Shown one piece after another: positions 50,872-53,776 of a stretch of DNA of 53,776 bases (the stretch's first letter is position 1; each line of letters starts with the position of its first letter). The DNA comes from Magnetococcales bacterium. Its GTDB lineage: Bacteria; Pseudomonadota; Alphaproteobacteria; UBA2136. A program made the position numbers and the translations under genes. Location: positions 1 to 53,776 of the forward strand of contig NZGE01000015.1 in NCBI GenBank assembly GCA_002689455.1, read 5' to 3'. The notes under the pieces were generated by a model. The model made no database searches, was not told the DNA's origin, and was given only the letters and a program-made list of their open reading frames with translations.

Positions 50872-51771
50872 TCATTCTTCAAACACACTCATAACAGTTG
50901 GCTTAAACCATTTAGATTGAGGACTAAATCGGTGTGACTTCATAAAATAAAGCTTACCTTTTTCTATATCACCCACAACGTAATATGCTGTTGTTCCATC
51001 TTTGGAAAGCGAAACTTCAGCATGGTACATATTCACTCCTAAATTTTCTGGTTTACTACCAACCCAACCTTCGCCTTCTTTGTATATAGCTAGCATATTT
51101 CCTGCCGTATTATCACGGCTAAAACGTAGTTCATTGCGCCATACAAAGGGCTGGTCTTCCTTGGCAGATGTATTCACATCTCCTTTAACTTTTTCAGGTT
51201 TGCCCCATGTGGAGTCATTTATTCTTTTACTTTGCCAAATATCAAAACCCCCACTTCGGTTAGATGACCAATATAAAATTTTGCTTTCGGCATCATAATG
51301 AGGGTTAGTGTCAATTTTTTCACTATTAATGTTTAATGCCTCACCTTTACCCCATTCACCTTTTACATATTCAGCCTTATAGATATTAGACTCATATTGA
51401 TAAAAAATTTCATTTTCAGAGATCATTGCACAACAGTTTGCCTTGCCGTCATTTAGTGGAAAGTTAATCGCCTTGCTCCAATTACCATTTGCATCCTTAT
51501 ATTTAAAATAAAGATCACTATCACTCCACGGGTTTACATTATTTTTATGGTGCCCTTTAGGTCTAAAACCTGTCACTTTTAAATCATCTTTTCCCAGTAT
51601 GACCGAATTAAAAAAGTTATACCTTGTGTACATAAAAAGCATCATGTCTTCATTCGGTGAAACCCATAAGCTGTCAACCATACCACCTTTTAAAAATGAA
51701 TCATCACCCGCATAAACGCCTTGCGGGATGACACTTATAAGAGCTGTTAATGCAAGTTTAAACATGCTCAC
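50872..51771 (-). CDS. Exported PD40/TolB-like beta-propeller protein
   Basis: Signal peptide; repeats such as INSEKIDTNPHY...LYWSSNRSGGFDIW and WGKPE...VNTSAKEDQPF. Confidence 0.7.
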   Translation of the reverse strand: MSMFKLALTALISVIPQGVYAGDDSFLKGGMVDSLWVSPNEDMMLFMYTRYNFFNSVILGKDDLKVTGFRPKGHHKNNVNPWSDSDLYFKYKDANGNWSKAINFPLNDGKANCCAMISENEIFYQYESNIYKAEYVKGEWGKGEALNINSEKIDTNPHYDAESKILYWSSNRSGGFDIWQSKRINDSTWGKPEKVKGDVNTSAKEDQPFVWRNELRFSRDNTAGNMLAIYKEGEGWVGSKPENLGVNMYHAEVSLSKDGTTAYYVVGDIEKGKLYFMKSHRFSPQSKWFKPTVMSVFEE

Positions 51772-52319
51772 TTTTTAAATACCTTATTCACCAAGTCATG
51801 CAAATTCTGAAAATAAGGTGCGCCTGTGGCAGCATATTCTTCGCTGGTGTGTTTACCAAGGTCATTCGGCACAAATGCAAAGTCTAGTTGTGCATTCTGC
51901 GCCGCGTAAAAGTCCCTTAAACTGTCTCCTACAACCAAAACATCATCTGGGTTTAAATTATGTTCTTTCATGCAATCAAACAACATGCCTGGCTTGGGTT
52001 TTGAGCAAGCACACTCAGCATCAACCAAATGCGGGCAGTGATAAAAAGCATCAATCGCTGCGTTTTCGCCTAACAAAGCATTCAATTTTTTATGAATTTC
52101 GGTTAATTCTTCCTCAGTTAAAAGCCCTTTGCCAATACAACGCTGTTGAGTAAAAACATACAGTTTCAGCCCCTTGTCCTTTAGCTTTTTCAAGCTTTCT
52201 TGAACAAATGGCAGCAGCGTTAAGTCATCAGCACATAAAACATAGCCTCCTTCACTTCGGCTCGTTGCATTTAGGGTACCGTCACGGTCAAAAATAATAG
52301 CTTTATATGTTTTGTTCAT
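51768..52319 (-). CDS. gmhB: D-glycero-D-manno-heptose 1,7-bisphosphate phosphatase (HAD IIIA)
   Basis: FDRDGTLN, CPH...CACSKPKPGM, VGDSLRD. Confidence 0.85.
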   Translation of the reverse strand: MNKTYKAIIFDRDGTLNATSRSEGGYVLCADDLTLLPFVQESLKKLKDKGLKLYVFTQQRCIGKGLLTEEELTEIHKKLNALLGENAAIDAFYHCPHLVDAECACSKPKPGMLFDCMKEHNLNPDDVLVVGDSLRDFYAAQNAQLDFAFVPNDLGKHTSEEYAATGAPYFQNLHDLVNKVFKK

Positions 52320-52355
52320 GTTCTTACTTGCGCTTTAGCTTTATTTAAATTCATA

Positions 52356-53300
52356 ATGTCAGGATATAAAAAGAACAACAATAAGGCAATTTTTGAATTC
52401 ATGGACGCTTTGTTTATTGGCCATAACTACACCGATGTAACCTTCGTAACCGATTATATTCCAACAGGTGATGAAAAATACGTTGGCGATGATTACGCAT
52501 TTGGTGTGGGTGGTAACGCAGTTGTAGCAGCCTTTACCTGTGCAAAGTTTGGTTTAGATGCAGGGCTTATTACCCAAGTTGCCGACGACCGTTTAGGCGA
52601 CATTTTCCTACAACGGGCAGCAAGGCACGGTATTCGCATTTTTCCACGCACAGTAAATAAAAGCTCTTTATCACTTATTTTACCCAATGGCGGTGATAAA
52701 CGCGCTATTTTGCGTTGCCGTGATACGGACTATCTGACAAAACCGCATCAAGTACGTTTAAAAAACGTGGATGCTATTCATGTAGACGGTCACATGCCAC
52801 GCGTCGCTTTAGATGTTTTAAAAAAAGCACGCGACAAAGGCATTCTAACATCCTTAGATGGTGGCGCAGACCGCCCTTTAATTGATGATATTTTAGAATA
52901 TATAGACATTGCTGTGATGAGCGAAGATTTTTCTAAACAAAAGAAAATGACTGAAGAAGAAACCTTTGAATTTTTAAAAGGTAAAGGCGTTAAAGTTGCT
53001 GCCATCACCTATGGTTCCAAAGGTGTAAACGTTTACGAATTCGAAACAGGTAATCAATATCACATTGGATCAGTTCCTGTACCCCTCGAAAAAATAGTGG
53101 ACACCACAGGCGCAGGCGATGTTTTTCACGGTAGTTATTTATATTCTTACATTGAAAACCCTGAAAAACCTTGGGTTGAACACTTTAAATTTGCACGATG
53201 CGCTTCAGCACTTTGCATTCAACGTATGGGAGCAGAACCTGGCATTCCATTGCTTACAGAAGTGCAAGAGCTTTACGCCGAAACGGCAGACCTACCTTAA
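52356..53300 (+). CDS. PfkB-family sugar kinase
   Basis: GGNAVVAA, DGH, SLDGG, DTTGAGDVFHG; start may be 52401. Confidence 0.92.
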   Translation: MSGYKKNNNKAIFEFMDALFIGHNYTDVTFVTDYIPTGDEKYVGDDYAFGVGGNAVVAAFTCAKFGLDAGLITQVADDRLGDIFLQRAARHGIRIFPRTVNKSSLSLILPNGGDKRAILRCRDTDYLTKPHQVRLKNVDAIHVDGHMPRVALDVLKKARDKGILTSLDGGADRPLIDDILEYIDIAVMSEDFSKQKKMTEEETFEFLKGKGVKVAAITYGSKGVNVYEFETGNQYHIGSVPVPLEKIVDTTGAGDVFHGSYLYSYIENPEKPWVEHFKFARCASALCIQRMGAEPGIPLLTEVQELYAETADLP

Positions 53301-53370
53301 GTATTACAACACCTTACAAACCGAACGCCACCCTTTTGTGCAATTTATTCAAAAAAGGGTTAAAATTCGC

Positions 53371-53399
53371 TTGCAAAGACAAAATAACACCGTTATATT
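53371..53399 (+). promoter_or_regulatory. sigma70 promoter of tRNA-Phe
   Basis: TTGCAA-17 bp-TATATT. Confidence 0.65.
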
Positions 53400-53429
53400 C
53401 CCCATTACCGATAACCAACGGTTTCCTGG

Positions 53430-53505
53430 GGGCAGGTAGCTCAGTTGGTAGAGCAAAGGATTGAAGCTCCTTGTGTCGGGGGTTCGATTCCCTCCCTGCC
53501 CACCA
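53430..53505 (+). tRNA. tRNA-Phe (GAA)
   Basis: GGGCAGG/CCTGCCC acceptor stem, AAGGA-TTGAAGC-TCCTT anticodon arm, GTTCGATTC, CCA. Confidence 0.95.
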
Positions 53506-53515
53506 TTCTTTATTA

Positions 53516-53568
53516 AATCAAACAGTTAAAAGTAAACTTACCTAAGTGAGACAAAAAGGTGAGACAAA
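53516..53568. other. Possible attachment-site arm after tRNA-Phe
   Basis: AATCAAACAGTTA matches IHF consensus WATCAANNNNTTR; GTGAGACAAA at 53546-55 and 53559-68. Confidence 0.45.
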
Positions 53569-53776
53569 CTTGGCTTTTAATCCTACGTACATATGTCCAT
53601 AGTCACTGGCTATGAAATAATATCTAATCGTATAAACCATTCTTACACCCCTTATTTAATATAATAAAAATATTCATCCAATAATTTTTTTTTCAGAATC
53701 GCTATAAACACTAATTAATACCGATGTATTACTGATTAATGAATCGGAAGAGCAACTGTAACGCTTCTGCTTTGGG

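Overview
AT-rich (roughly 37% GC by eye) bacterial chromosome segment. Gene order is alphaproteobacterial (kdsA-eno-ftsB, thrB-rnhA-yqgE, comEC/gltX divergent, bamD-recN, proS-lolC/E-lolD-dnaE, efp-suhB), but it also carries C5-pathway hemL, suggesting a divergent lineage. It is mostly housekeeping genes, plus a small surface-polysaccharide cluster, two GGDEF proteins, tRNA-Met, tRNA-Phe and several orphan genes. The stand-out locus is 46510-48153: an XRE-type HTH fused to a full-length domain that aligns by eye with Form I RuBisCO large subunit, in which essentially all catalytic residues are replaced (KDDE to CDPT). The gene is bracketed by two copies of a 19-bp repeat containing the palindrome TTTCATATATGAAA and followed by a cluster of ATACGCAT motifs. 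This suggests a pseudo-RuBisCO transcription factor with its own operators. Other notable items: a SuhB orthologue lacking its IMPase motifs but preceded by a boxA-like element; a ~260-nt candidate structured ncRNA with two AAUAAUAAUAAAAA-loop hairpins (35533-35794); a nonsense-interrupted DUF4440 gene; a 41-aa probably leaderless membrane ORF; and att-like signals after tRNA-Phe. All homology calls are by eye from remembered motifs; no searches were run.
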